Below, one piece after another: positions 39,253 to 52,353 of a stretch of 64,000 nucleotides of DNA. This stretch comes from Mobula hypostoma (taxonomy: Eukaryota), in assembly GCF_963921235.1 (NCBI RefSeq), contig NC_086109.1, positions 87,854,001 through 87,918,000 of the forward strand. The letters run 5' to 3'. Made by a program: the position numbers and the translations under genes. The notes below the pieces were generated by a model, which was given only the letters and a program-made list of their open reading frames with translations, was not told the origin of the DNA and ran no database searches. Numbering within the stretch: position 1 is the first letter of the stretch; each line of letters starts with the position of its first letter.

Positions 39253-40133
39253 GGGTACGTCCACACTACGCCGGATAATTTTGAAAACAAAGCTTTTTCT
39301 CTTCATTTTGCCCTCCTGTCCACACTGAAACAGCATTTTCAGCCCCCGAAAACAAAGATTTTCGAAAACACTCTCCAGAGTGAATAAATCTGAAAACACT
39401 TAATATCCGGCGTAGTGTGTACGGGGTAAACGGAGAGATTTAAAAACGCTGTCATGACGTGCTGGAACAGATGTTCGTTGTTTCCTTGAATGCAACTACC
39501 TAACAATTTCAGAACAGACAGCAATGAGACTGAAGCCAGAAGGGTTAGAAATGTACTCACCAAATATTTTGACCCATAGCTCACTGAATAAATAAGTATA
39601 CTCACTTCACCCTGTTTTCTGTCCTTGCTTGTATGAAGGTGGTTTACCTATTTATGCAAGTACTTCTCTGACAATAGATGTGTAACAGCCTAATGTAACA
39701 TTGTATGGAAATACAAGATAACGCTGATGCAGACGTTTTATACATTTAACAAGGTGCTTTATTAATGCAACAGAGTTGGTCAGTTTTTCAATGTTCATCA
39801 TGAGCTGGGTCATACTGTCCGTGAACTCCCTGTCGGTTGCCTCCATACCCTCCAGTATTTGTTTTTTTTTTAGTTTTAAGTCCTCCTGCGCGAAAGCCAA
39901 GAGCAATTCCTTTAAAGTTTTTCTACTCTTTAACTGGACAAACGCGCACTAAGTATACCATTTCCTCTTCGCTTGTTTTCTGTGTGTCCTGCGCATGCCC
40001 AGTAGGAGGAAATTCGCCCAAATATCCGTCTAATGTGGACAGAGATATTTTGAAAAACGCTTAGTGTGGACGCCTGTCGTTTTTACTCGAAACCGGCTTT
40101 TTCAAAATTATCCGGCGTAGTGTGGACATAGCC
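39253..40133 (-). mobile_element. Non-autonomous PIF/Harbinger transposon (881 bp)
   Basis: TIRs gggtacgtccacactacgccggataattttgaaaa / ttttcaaaattatccggcgtagtgtggacatagcc; 3-bp TSD TTA; internal coiled-coil-like ORF remnant at 39652-39906. Confidence 0.88.
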
Positions 40134-41959
40134 TTAGTGTGAACATGAGTGATAAAATCTGGACGATCAATGGGAGTTTGGAAAGGGTCGGTGCAGACTT
40201 GCTGAGCCAAAGTGTCAGTGATCTTAACTCAAGGCGGTTGTCATACTGAGGTAGGTTGCCACCTCATGACCTGATTCATCTCCAACTTCCCCTTTCTGTG
40301 TACATCTTGTCGGGTAGCCAGGTTGTCTGGTAGACAAGCTGGTCAGCAGCATTTAGCAGGAGGACGTTGAGGTTGTAGTTGAATAATAAATCTCTGAGCC
40401 CTTTCAAAACAATTCCTTTTACATGCTGATTCCTCTCTCTGTCTCCGGGGGAAGGCTCAGTGAGCCGTGGCTTGGTCCCAATCCACTTCATTTGTTTGTT
40501 TCTAAAGGATCGAAGGAGGCCACATCTTGTTCAATTGTTGTCATCTGCCTTCAATAGAAAAGAAACGTAACCATCTTTTCTTCTGCTTCAGAGATTTGCC
40601 AGATCTGAAGGAAAGACTTTGGCATGAAACCTTAACTCCATTTTTCTCCCACAGATTCTGTCTGACCTGAGTAGCTCCATCATTTAGACCTTTTGTTTCA
40701 AATTACCAGCAATAGAGTTAGTTTGCTCTGGGCATTTCTATTTTGCTTTTTGGTATTCCTTTCAGGACAGCCCAATGTGTTTTGTAGCCAGAGAAGTATC
40801 TTTCAAGCATTGAAGGAATTTTGCTGTCGTGCATCTAGAGAGTGGGACACAGCTGGATGGAATCAAGGTTATGATTGTGGTTGAACATTGATAGTATTGA
40901 TCCACGCTGGCAAAATTCAAACGCCTCTGAATCCTGAATATAGCATGAGCCTGTAAAGGACTATCTATTAAATCGCTACTACAGCTCTTAATCCTAAAAT
41001 CTACTTTATTGTCAAGCAGTCTGCAACATAAACAGTTTAATCTTGGCAAAGACTCACTTGCACGTTGTCCTTTGTTTGTGTAGGTTGGAGCATAGCCTTG
41101 ACCCTGTCACTTCATTTTATAAATGCCTATTGATGTGGAGTTGAGAGGAGGTTGCAGTAGGAGCAGGGCAGAGGAATTCCATTGTGGCTCGCTCCCCTGG
41201 TGCCAAGCATAGGCAAGGGAAGGGTGAAAAGCAGCAGAAGATTTATCTGGATCGGTAGGGAGAAAAGATGTGCTGTTGGGACTGCTCCAATTGCCTCATT
41301 CTTTGTTTAAAACTTCTGTTATTTAGCAGGGTTCAATCATTGTTCTGTCTGTATGTCCTGAGTTGCAATAAATCACTTGTGACTGATGGGGCCGGTGAGT
41401 TTCCCCTCAGTAAGTGGCTTATCCTTTAGTGTTGAGTGAAGACCAGAAGGAGGGATTACCAGATGACCTTTGACGTAGTTGGGCTGCAGTTAGAGTATTG
41501 CATTCACTTCTGGTTGCCTCATTAGAGGAAAGACATGGACGCTTTGGAGAGGATGAACAAGAAGTTTTACTGGGTTGCTGTATTAGATTTGAGGACATCA
41601 GAGTTTGGACAGACCTGGGTTGTTTTCTGTGGAGCACCAGAGGCTAAGGAGAAACCTGATAGAAGTTTGTAGATTAGAAGAGGCACAGATAAAATAGACA
41701 GACAGTATCTTTTTTTTACCAGAGTGGAAATATCTAATCCTAGAGAGAATGCATTTAAGGTGAGCAGGGTGACGTTCAAAAGGCGATGTGTGAAACAAGT
41801 TCTTTTTGACATAGAAAGTGGTGGAATCCAAGAATGTACTGCCAGGGATAGTTGTGGAGACCACTATGATAGAGCTGTTTAAGACACCCTTAGATAGGCA
41901 TATTAATTTGCAGAAAGTGAGAAGACGTGAATGTTGTGTCGGTAAAAGGAGTTAGTGAA

Positions 41960-42820
41960 AAGTTCAATGTAAATTTTATCAAAGTACATATGTGTCACTG
42001 TATACAACCCTGAGATTTATTTTCTTGTGGGTATACTCAGGAAATCTATGGAATAGTAACTACGCAGGATCAGTGAAAGATCAACCAGAGTGCAGAAGAC
42101 AACAAACTCTGCAAATGTGAATATAAATAAATAGCAATAAAAAGGATCTAGTGCTTTGGATGAGGACTAACCAATCAGGAGGGATGGGCAACGGGGGTAT
42201 AAATACCACAGATTAGACATGCCCAGACACCATCCCTGAAGAAGACAGCAGAGTTTATCATTTAAACATCGGTTAAAATCGAAACCTGTACCCGTCTGGA
42301 AGCACGAGAAGAGTTTGTTTGTCAAATAGCAATAAGTAACAAGAACATGAGATAATGAGATAAAGAGTCCCTAAAGTGAGATCATTGGTTGTAGGAACAT
42401 TTCAATGATGGGGCAACTAGGTGTAGTTAGCCCCTTTTATTCAGGAGCCTGATGGTTGAGGGGTAGTAACTATTCTTGAACCTGATGGTGCAAGTCTTGT
42501 ACTCCTGCCTGGATGGCAACAGTGAGAAGAGAGCATGGCCTGGGTGATGGAAATTTCTGATGCTGGATGCATATAGATCTGCTCATTGCTTGAGAGGGCT
42601 TTGCCCATGATGTACTGAGCCAAATCAACTACCTTTTGTAGGATTTTCTGTTCGAGGGCATTGGTGTTCCCATACCAGGTTGTGATGCAGCCAGGGAATA
42701 GACTCTGCATTACACATCTGTGGAAGTTTGTGAAAGTTTTAGATGTCATGCCAAATCTTCACCAACTCCTAAGAAAGTGGAGGTGCTGCCATGCCTTCTT
42801 CGTAATTGCACTTGCGTGCG
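41960..42820 (-). mobile_element. Rex1/Babar-like LINE 3' fragment
   Basis: FTNFHRCVMQSLFPGCITTWYGN...LQKVVDLAQYIMG. Confidence 0.8.
42141..42323 (+). mobile_element. Second-family Penelope-like pLTR insertion (183 bp) with 12-bp TSD
   Basis: TSD aaatagcaataa (42129-42140 / 42324-42335); CCAAT, TATAAATA and a decayed hammerhead ctgaagaagac...taaacatcgg. Confidence 0.7.
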
Positions 42821-43325
42821 ATTGCTGTAGGTATTTAATTATTGTTGAGGGCTGAAGGGCTCATTCCTGTGCCATTCTGTTGTATATTCATTCATAGGCT
42901 GCTCTGGCCCAAGATGATGGTAGCCATTTGCTTCAACGTCAACAGTCTACAAGTACGAACTCAACAGGACCCAGAAATGTTCATGAATGTTAACGTAAAC
43001 TAAATATAACAAATATCGATATCAGTCCTGTGCTTTTCCTTTACGATGGTATGATTAGAACCAGCATCCCTCTCATCCCTTCAATCTAGAACTAGAGAGC
43101 AATGGCTAAATGGTGAGTGTTGTGGTTCCAGAGTAAAATCAATGTACTAGAGATCAGGCAAATGTACTTTTACAGCTGAGTAACAAGCCCTTCCAGCCCA
43201 ATGAGCCCGTAACACCCAATTACAGTATACCCATGTGACCCATTAACCTATTAACTCGAATGTCTGGGCTGTGAGAGGAAACCAGAGCACCCGGAGGAAA
43301 CCCACCCCATCAAGAGGAGAACATA

Positions 43326-43882
43326 CAATACTGTGTAAAAGTATTAGATGCATGCCTAAGACTTTTGCACAGTATTGTAGTGTATTTGCACTCTCTACCT
43401 GTGTAATTTAATGTATCGCATTGTAATACTGCCTCAAAAAAAGAAAACGAATTTCATGATATATATGAATGATGATAAACCTGATTCTGATATGGGTCTC
43501 TGTTGTGGACTGAGTGTGGGAAAGGGTCAGGGGGAGGGGAATTATGGTTGAGAAAAATGGGAAGGGAGAGGGTAAGGGAGCAGGAAACACCAGAGAGACA
43601 TTCTATGATGATCAATAACCTAATTGTCTGGAATCACTTGACCTTGCCTGGTGTCTCAGGGCTGGGTGAGTTTGCACCTGTACCACCCCCTGCCCCTGGC
43701 ACTCCTCTGTTACTTGTTCCACAATCCCCCCACAGTGCACCACCCTCGCCATTCCCAACATCCTTTGCTCCCGCCAGATTTATAACCTTGCTCTCCGCTC
43801 TGCATTGACAAGTACAGTACTGTGCAAAAGGTCTTAGGCACTCTAGCAACATATATGCGCCTAAGAATTCTGCACAGTACTG
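43326..43882. mobile_element. Composite Tc1-type non-autonomous transposon bounded by two mini-MITEs
   Basis: Mini-MITEs at 43326-43377 and 43815-43882 (TIR cagtactgtgcaaaagtcttaggcac); the whole unit interrupts a V-SINE at a duplicated TA. Confidence 0.8.
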
Positions 43883-45094
43883 TACAAGCACCTTACAGAC
43901 AGTGGCAGGAGTTGAACCAGGTCGTTGGTGGTGTAGTGGTGTTATACTGATCGCTACGCCACCATGCTTTTCAAAACTTCCAAAACAGAGACGCGGAGAA
44001 ATTTCTTTAGCTAAAGGGTAGTGAATTTGTTGCACATGCAGTTGTGGAGGCCAGGTCATTGGATGTATTTAAAGCAGAGATTGACAGGTTCTTGACTGGA
44101 CGTGGCATCAAAGGTTGCGGGGAGAAGACCGGGAACTGGGGTTGAGGAGGAGATAGAAAAAAGATCAGCCATGACTGAATGGCAGAGCAGACTCGATGGG
44201 CCAGATGGCCTGATTTGACTCCTGTGTCTTATGGAATTGAATTGACTTTATTTCTTACATCCTTCACATACATGAGTAGTAAAAATCTATACGTTACGTC
44301 TCTAAATAAATGTGCAATCACAGTAATTTATAATAATTTAGAATAACTAGAACAGTCAATGTAACATGGAAATACATTCAAATCAGCGTGAGTTAATCAG
44401 TCCTATGGCCTGGTGGAAGAAGCTGTCTCGGAGCCTGTTGGTCCTGCCTGGCTTTTATGCTGTGGTACTGTTTCCCGGACGGTAGCAGCTGGAATAGATT
44501 GTGGTTGGGGTGACTCGGGTCCCAATGATCCTTCGGGCCTTTTTCTCACACCTGTCTTTGTAAATATCCTGAATCATGTCCTGAATTAGGGTCTATACAT
44601 GTCTTTAAATTTAAAGTATTGCTTCAAATTTTAAACTGCATCAGGCAAAAGAGCTTGGCACAAGTAGATGGTAAGCTTGTGTTCAGAAGGCCATTCTACA
44701 CATAGGATTACTATTCTGGTGTTGATCTTTGGAGGTAAAAGGTACATTTGTTGTGTTTTGATGCAATTCTGAAGCTGTATTCTAAATAGAAACGTGAAAT
44801 GGTTTAATCTGACCTGTAAAACCCGTTGTTTCAGTTTGTTAGTCCTGAACTGGGATTGGGTGTAGAGGTTTTCCGATTCACCATTCACTGGGGCTTGGTT
44901 TGAAGATAATGGCACCATTGCTGTCAAGACTTGTGTAGAAATACTTGCTCAGGTGAGTCACACAGGAGCCCGTAAAACCACATTGCTTACATGAATCACC
45001 AGATGCTGGAGAGGAAAAAGTAAGGACCATTGCAGTGGGGAAGGGTTGTTCTCCCTGCTGTAGAAATGCCCTCACTCACTGAAAGGCCAAAATA

Positions 45095-45622
45095 CACTCA
45101 GTGACTACTTTAGTAGGCACAGGAATGTACCCAAAAAACTAACCACAGGAATGGAATCCGGTATAGTCTTCTGCTGCTGTAGCCCATCCACTTTGAGGTT
45201 CAATGTGTCGGGCATTCAGAGGTGGATTTCTGCACGCCACTGTTGTAACATATGGTTATTGGAGCTACTGTCACCTCTATGTCAGCTTGAACTAGCTTGG
45301 CCCCTCTCATTAACAAGGTATTTTCACTCAGTGGATATTGATTGCTTTTAGTACCATTCTCTGTAAACTCTGGAGTTCCCTGTGCATGTGAATTTCAGGA
45401 GGTCAGTTCTGAGATGCTCAACCACCCTGTCTGATTCCAAGGTTAAAGTCACTTAGATCACATTTCTTCCCTGTTCTGATGTTTGATCCGTACAACAATT
45501 GAATCTCTTCACCGTGTCTGTATGCATTTAATGCATTGAGTTGCTGCTGTGTGATTCGCTGCTTAGATATTTGCATTAACAAGCAGGTAAACAGCTGTAA
45601 CTAGTAAAGTGGCCACTGAGTG
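45095..45622. mobile_element. Tc1/mariner-type non-autonomous element; partial copies at ~24350-24716 and ~31826-32049
   Basis: TIRs cactcagtgactacttta / taaagtggccactgagtg, preceded by TA. Confidence 0.75.
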
Positions 45623-46770
45623 TGTGTGAATCCATTTTCCTGCTGTTTTTCTCTTTTTTGTGATATTTTAAACATTTGTGATCTTGTTAGCTTCCATACC
45701 ATAAAGAAAGCACTGGGGTAGCATAGCTATTCAGGCAGCATCAGGGCAGGAAGTGCACACTTGATGTTTGGAATTGAAACCCTTCGCCGCACCATTGTCA
45801 TTTCCTTCCACAGATGCTGTCGGACCTGTTGAGTTCTTCCACCATTTTGTGTATCACCCCAAGTTCCAGCACCTGTAGTCTCTTGTCTCTTCACCTTCTA
45901 AGCCATTTGTTTTCTGCATGTGGGAACTTAATGCAGCTTTGTATTTGCGTATGTTGGTACTTGAGAACTGCTGTTTTGGGCAGCAGGATAGGATGCTTGT
46001 GAGGGAGTAAATTCTCAATGTACCCTGTATACAAGCCACAATTGTATGAGACGGTGTTTTAGAAATGTTGCTGGAGGGATTCTGCTTTGATGTTTGTGTT
46101 TAAAGATTTAGCAGGTTTACACTGAGTGACCAAGCTGGGATGAGACCAACACCCCATCCTGTCACAGTGGGAATGTCTTGTGTTCCTGAATCGGTATATA
46201 ACACCATGTACTACCTTGAAATTCATTTTCTTGCAGGCATTTAAAAGATTATAAAGAAATAGAATTATAAAAAACTTTTCATTATAAAATATTAAATGTG
46301 CAAAAGTGGACAAATAAAAGTAAATAAATAATACTGAGAACATGAGTTGTAGAGTCCTTGAAAGTGAATCTGTAATTTGTGAAATCAGTTCAGAGTTGAG
46401 ATGAGTGAAGCTATCCACACTGGTTCAGGAGCTTGATGATTATAGGGTAATAACTGTTCCTGAATCTGGTGGTGTGAAGTCTCTTTCCCAATGGTAGTAG
46501 CAAGAAGAGATCATGGCCTGAGCGGTGGGGATCCTTGATGATGGGTGCTACTTTCTCATGGCAGCATTCCTTGTGGTACGGTAGTACTTATCCTATGTTC
46601 CTTGTGGAAATCTTGCTGTACAACAATGGTTAGTCATGTCTGCCAACAAAACAGATCTCCTTTGATTTGCAAGTTGATAAGGCATCAGCTAAATGTGAGC
46701 TTGCCGCTTGGCTTGGATTAAGGAGCCAGTGAAACTGATACCGGTTTTCTGTGTGCTTGCTTCCTTTCAG

Positions 46771-46954
46771 CTTCGATCCCCAGGGAGACACTGTTGCATT
46801 TCACAGCGAGACTGGGTCTGTCCAGGCTGGCCTCGTTCCTCCTGCAGCAGCCGGGCGGACAAGAAGCTCTCAGCATCACCAACCTTGATGGGGCCACGCC
46901 CATCAATCTTGCCGCGCAGAGGGGCTTCCATGGTCTCCAGGAGCTTTTCGCGCA
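46771..46954 (+). CDS. AKAP13: AKAP13-family RhoGEF, internal coding exon (184 nt, ankyrin-like repeat region)
   Basis: Acceptor ttcctttcag|, donor gcgca|gtaagt. The reading frame is absent from the ORF track: (A)SIPRETLLHFTARLGLSRLASFLLQQPGGQEALSITNLDGATPINLAAQRGFHGLQELFA, cf. recalled AKAP13 PRETLMHFAVRLGLLRLTWFLLQKPGGRGALSIHNQEGATPVSLALERGYHKL. Phase 1/2, joins the previous exon in frame. Confidence 0.9.
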
Positions 46955-47638
46955 GTAAGTACTTGTTAGCGACCGACAAAGAGCTGTGCTTGCTTTCCAG
47001 CCCAGACAGCAAACAATCACAAAGCCCTGTTATAAACTGATGTCACCAGCTCCACGTTTTGTAGAAAACCTGCTTAGTGAGTTGAGTAAAGGAACATTAT
47101 TATTCTACTGTCAGCATTGTGTCTAATGACACTTTACCCATTCAATTGTAGGCAATGCATTAATTATAGTATTACATCTGTGTTATTGAAAAAGTGCATA
47201 TGCTGTTTTCGAAGATTGTTATTAACAGCAGTGGGCAAGGTTGGTATCAAGCTACAGGTTCAGGTTATAATAAGAAAGGTAATGAGATATTTCAGAGTGG
47301 TAAGGTAAACTTAGATGATACGAGCTCTGAAATATTGGGTTACAGCTGTGCAGGGAGTGTTGCCTGTGGAGATTACAATGTACTGCTGGCTACAGGCAGA
47401 GAGCAGTGGGCCAGCCCTGCCAGGAACCTGGAGTCACAAGAGCAGCACAAGAGTTTGCCTCAACAGTAAACTCCCTTCTAGGTGGTATTTCAAAGGGGTG
47501 AATCGGGCCAAGACATGAAGCTGATTGTAAGAATTTTTATTAAACCTGAAAATATACAAGTGTTAGTATAGGGTCAGATTCGTCATACATATAGAAAAGA
47601 ATCTTACAACATCTTCAGGAGTCCCAAATAATCTAGAC

Positions 47639-47716
47639 CAGGGGTTCTCAACCTGGGTTCCATGGACTCCTCAGTTAATGTCAGGGTCCATAGCAGAAGT
47701 AGTTTGGGAACCTCCG
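47639..47716. mobile_element. hAT (Charlie-like) MITE
   Basis: TIRs caggggttctcaa / ttgggaacctccg; 8-bp TSD atctagac / atctagag. Confidence 0.8.
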
Positions 47717-50131
47717 ATCTAGAGTCATGGAGTATGGGAACGAAGAGCCCTTCAGCCGAACTTGTCTACATCAAGCAAGATGCTCTTCAAAACGAGTCCC
47801 ATTTGCCCGTGTTTGGCCTATATCCTTCTTGGGGTTGCAGTGTCACATAGTGGTTAGCACAACGCTTTACACTACCAGGTTCAATTCCCGCCGCTGTCTG
47901 TAAGGAGTTTGTACATTCTCCTCGTGACCACGTGGGTTTCCTCCGATAGCCCAAAGGTGTACCGGTTGCAAAATTGATTGGTCTTTATAAGTTATCCCAT
48001 GATTAGGTTAGGGTTAAAATCAGGGGTTGCTGGCTGACACGGCTCAAAAGGCTCGAAGGGCCTATTCCATGCTTTATCTCAATAAATGAATACATCCTTC
48101 CTAATAGTTATTTGTGTGTTAATTGCCCCGAGTGAGTAGATGAAGGGTAGAATCTGTGGCAGAACTGATGACAAATGGTGGGGGGGGGGGGGGGGGGTGG
48201 AGAATAAAATGACATTTGTGTGTGGTCAACGTAGACTCGATGGGCCAGGCACTTCTTATGCAATGGTTTCTAAAATTTACTATTTTAAAAAAAAAAATCC
48301 TATACAGTCAGCAAGTGAGTTAGTAGAACAAATTTAACAGCTTACAGGACATACGAGGGCAAGATGTTAAATGGGCATTGGAACTGAGAGAGACTAAAAA
48401 GCAAAGAGACTTGAAGAGGAAGGCTTTGGGTCCCCAGCTGCTCCAGCCAAGTGTATTTTCCACCATGTACCTATTTATAAATCATAGTTCTCTTTCTGTA
48501 AATCTGCAGGAAAACGAAGTTGTCCTGTAACTGTCTGATCCAGACAACCCTAACGCACCCACACATTTCCCTTGATCCAGAATCAGAATTAGGGTTAGCA
48601 TCACTGATATAAGTCGTGAAATTTGTTGTTTTGCGGCAGCGGTACGGTGCCATTTATATAAAAATAATTACTTTAACTTACAGTAAGAATATATTAAAAG
48701 TAAATAGTGCAAAAAGAGGGGATAATAATGAGTTTGGGTCATGGACAGTTCAGAATCTGAAGGCAGAGGGGAAGGAGCTGTTCCTAAATCCATCGATGCT
48801 ACGTCCTCAACTGTTAAGGACCAAAATTCTAGAATTCCCTTGTTAAGCTTCTTTATCTCTTTTTCAACCTTTTAAGATGCCCCTTTCGACCCACCTCTTT
48901 GACTGAACCTCTGGTCACAACAAGTACAAGAGAAATCTACTTTCTGGCTTTGAAGACTCTTTCTGTTCTGCTTGATTGTGTTACTGTTAGCACTTAGAAT
49001 CATAGTCATAGAGCACTACAGCACAGGAACAGGCCCTTCAGCCTGACTAGTCTCTGGTGGCAAGGTTTCTGCTTAGGCCCATCGACCTGCACCCGGACCA
49101 TAGCCCTCCATACCCTTTCCATCCATGCAACTATCCAAACTTCTCTTAAATGTTACAATTGAATCTGCATTTACTAACTCGTTACGCACTTACACCACCC
49201 TCTGAGTGCAGTGGGTACCCCAAAATATTCAACTTTCATCCAAGACCTATGACCTCTAGTTCTCGTCTCACCCAACCTGAGAGGAAATAGCCAGTATGCA
49301 TTCACTTCATTTGGGAAGTTTATAACAACGGGGTGATGCTATGAAATATTGTTAACAGAAGCAAACTGTTAGGTGTCGCTTAAGAAGTAGTTGAGTGCAG
49401 ATAAAAAAAATGGTCATCGCCTTGTGAAAGTCCCGTACTATGCAAAGACATAGGCACATATATATATATATAGCTAGATTGCCTAAAACTTCTGCACAGT
49501 ACTGTATTTGTTAACGTGATGTGGAGAGCGAGTTTGTAAATCTGCGGGAACAAAGGATGTCAGGCATAACGAGGGCGGACCGCCATTGGTGGGAAAAAAG
49601 AGGGTAGGTTTACTAAGACTATGGGTGAACAGCAAAAGCTTACAGACATAAAATCAAAGTGAAAGAGACACTTGGGGAAACTTAACACTGAATTATTCTG
49701 TCAGCTTCACTACTGAGGTTAGTGGCTGAGATTGTAATGGCATTCAGGTAATTAAAATGAAGAGGAAATTCAGGAATTGGAACAGACTGGGTCAGTGAAG
49801 AGTGTGGGCAAAACATCAGGCATGATCATCTGATCAACTTTTCAGTTCTTGTTCCTGGCTTTCTACAGTATTTCAAGAGAATAGAGAGGTAGTTCACAGG
49901 ACTCCCACAACAATCATCAAACTGTCAACCTTCTAATCTTTGCAATGCTGGTTCTTCACTGAAGTGTTGGACTCTTCCAACCTTTGTTCAGAATCAAAAT
50001 CAGGCTTAATATCACTGGCGTACGTCATGAAGTTTGTTGTTTTGTGACAGCAGTACGTTGCAATTCATTAAAAAAAACTAAAAATTACAATAAGAAATAT
50101 ATATATTTGCACTTGGTATTTAATTTATATA

Positions 50132-51693
50132 CAGTTGCAAGAAAAAGTTTGTAAACCCTTTTCAATTACCTGGTTTTCTGTATTAATTATTCGTGAAATG
50201 TGGTCTGATCTTCATTTAAGTCATAATCTGTCTAAACCAATAACGCACCAACAATTGTACTTTTCATGTCTTTAATAAACACATTGTTTTTAATCATTCA
50301 CAGTCCGGACTGGAAAGAGTATGTGAACCTTTGTATTTAATAAATTTAGCAGCAATAACCTCTACCAAATGTTCCCTGTAGCTGCTGATCAGACTTTAAT
50401 AACAGCGAAGAGAAATTATAAACCATTACTCCATACAAAACTGCTTCAGTTCATCATGGGGTACCTTGCATGAACAGCCTTCTTCAGGTCATGCCACAGC
50501 ATTTCAATTAGTTTAAGGTCTAGACTCTGACTTGGCCATTCCAAAACACAGATTTTCTTCTTTTTAAACAACTCTGTTGTTGATTTACTCTTGTGTTTTG
50601 GATCTTTGTCTTGTTGCATCATCCAACTTCTATTAAGCTTCAGGTGATGGACCATTACCCTGATATTCTACTGTAAAATGCCTTGAGACAATTTTGAATT
50701 CATTGTTCCCTCAATGATTGCCAGCTGTCCAGGCCCTGAGGCAGCAAAGCAGACCCAAACCGTGATGCTCCTTCCAACATGCTTCACAGTTGGGGTGAGA
50801 TTTTGGTTTTTGTGTGCAGTGCCTTTTTTCCTCCAAACATAGTGGTGTGCAATTCTGCTAAAAAGTTCAACTTTTGTCTCATCTGTCTACAGAACATTGT
50901 GGAATATCCAAGTGCTCTTTTGTAAACTTCAGGCGTGCAGTAATGTTTTTGTTCAGAGAACAGTGGTTTACTCCACAGTGTCCTTCCATGAACACCATTC
51001 TTGTTGGTGTTTTTCTTATAGTGGACACATGAACAGAGACTTTAGCAAGTTCTAGAAATCTCTGCAGGTCTTTTGCTGTTACCCTTGGGTTCTTTTTCAC
51101 CTTCTTCAGCATTGCATTGTGCTCTTGGTGTGATCTTTGCAGGACCCCCACTCATATGGTGAATAGTAACAGTACTGAATTTCCTCCATTTGTAGACAAT
51201 TTGTCTTACTGTGCACTGATGAATATTTTGGTCCTTAAGAAATTCTTTTGTAGCCTTTTCCAACTTCATGTGTATCTGCAATTCTTCTTCTAAGTTTCTC
51301 TGAAAGTTGTTTCGGATGAGGCATATAAAAAGATCTTTCTTGAGAAAAGCAGGCTCCATCAGTAACCTGACATTGTGTGTCTTTTTATAGGGCAGGGCAC
51401 CTCTACAACCCACACTTCCAAGCTCATCTCATTGCTTGGAACACATGACTCCAAATAGCTTTTGTAGAAGGCATTACCTCAGAGGTTCAGATACTTTTTT
51501 TGAACCTAAACTGATTGTTTAAATAGTGTACTCCGTATTGATGAGAAGAAATACAATTGTTTGTGTTATTAGTTTGGGCAGATTATGTTTGTTTATTATT
51601 GTGACTTAGGTGAAGATCAGACCACATTTTATGAGTAATTAATTCAGAAAAGTGGGTAATTGCAAAAGGTTCACATACTTTTTCTTGCAACTG
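50132..51693 (-). mobile_element. Full-length decayed Tc1 (DD34E) transposon with ~210-bp IR/DR-type TIRs
   Basis: TA|cagttgcaagaaaaagt ... actttttcttgcaactg|TA; transposase pieces TVRQIVYKW, KKNPRVTAKDL, QQDKDPKHKSK...EWPSQSLDLKLIE (34 residues between D and E). Confidence 0.92.
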
Positions 51694-51705
51694 TATGTGT
51701 GTAGA

Positions 51706-52353
51706 TAGGCACCCTAGATTTTTATATGGATGAGTGTTTGCAGCGAACAGTGAAGCACAGGGGAGATTCCTTGCAAGTCTGGGGCTGCATTTCTTCAAAT
51801 GGAGCTGGTGATCTGGTCAGAATTAATGGAATCCTCAATGCTGAGAAGTACAAGCAGACTCTTAGCTATCATGCAGTACTATCAGAGAGGCATCTGATCA
51901 GTCCCAACTTAATTCTGCAGCAGGACAATGACCCCAAACACAGGGCCAAGGTCATAAAGAACTATCGTCAATGTAAGGAAGAACCAAGTGTTCTGCAACA
52001 GATGGTCTGGCCTCCTCAGAGTCCTGATCTCAACATCATCGAGGCTGTCTGCGATTACCTGGAGAAACAGAACCAAGTGCGACAGCCAAAATCTACAGGA
52101 CAGCTGTGACAAATTCTCCAAGATGCTTGGAATAACCTACCAGCTGATTTTCTTATAAAACTGCACAACAGTGTACCTAGAGAGAATTGATGCAGTTTCA
52201 AAGGCAAAAGGTGGTCACACCAAATATTGATTTGATGTGGAATTTTTTTTCTGTTTACTGCTATTTTAAAAAAAAACCTTTTCATTATTTTTGAAAGCAT
52301 CTTCACTTTACAGATTTTTATTTCACACGTGCCTAAGACTTTTGCACAGTACT
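51706..52353 (+). mobile_element. Internally deleted Tc1-like element with DD38E transposase C-terminal half
   Basis: VKHRGDSLQVWGC...QQDNDPKH...WPPQSPDLNIIE with 38 residues between D and E; right TIR gtgcctaagacttttgcacagtac. Confidence 0.85.

Noticed and set aside
46708-47040. Three ORF-track ORFs over the GC-rich patch
   Set aside because: Wrong frames or strand; the real exon lies in an unlisted + frame.
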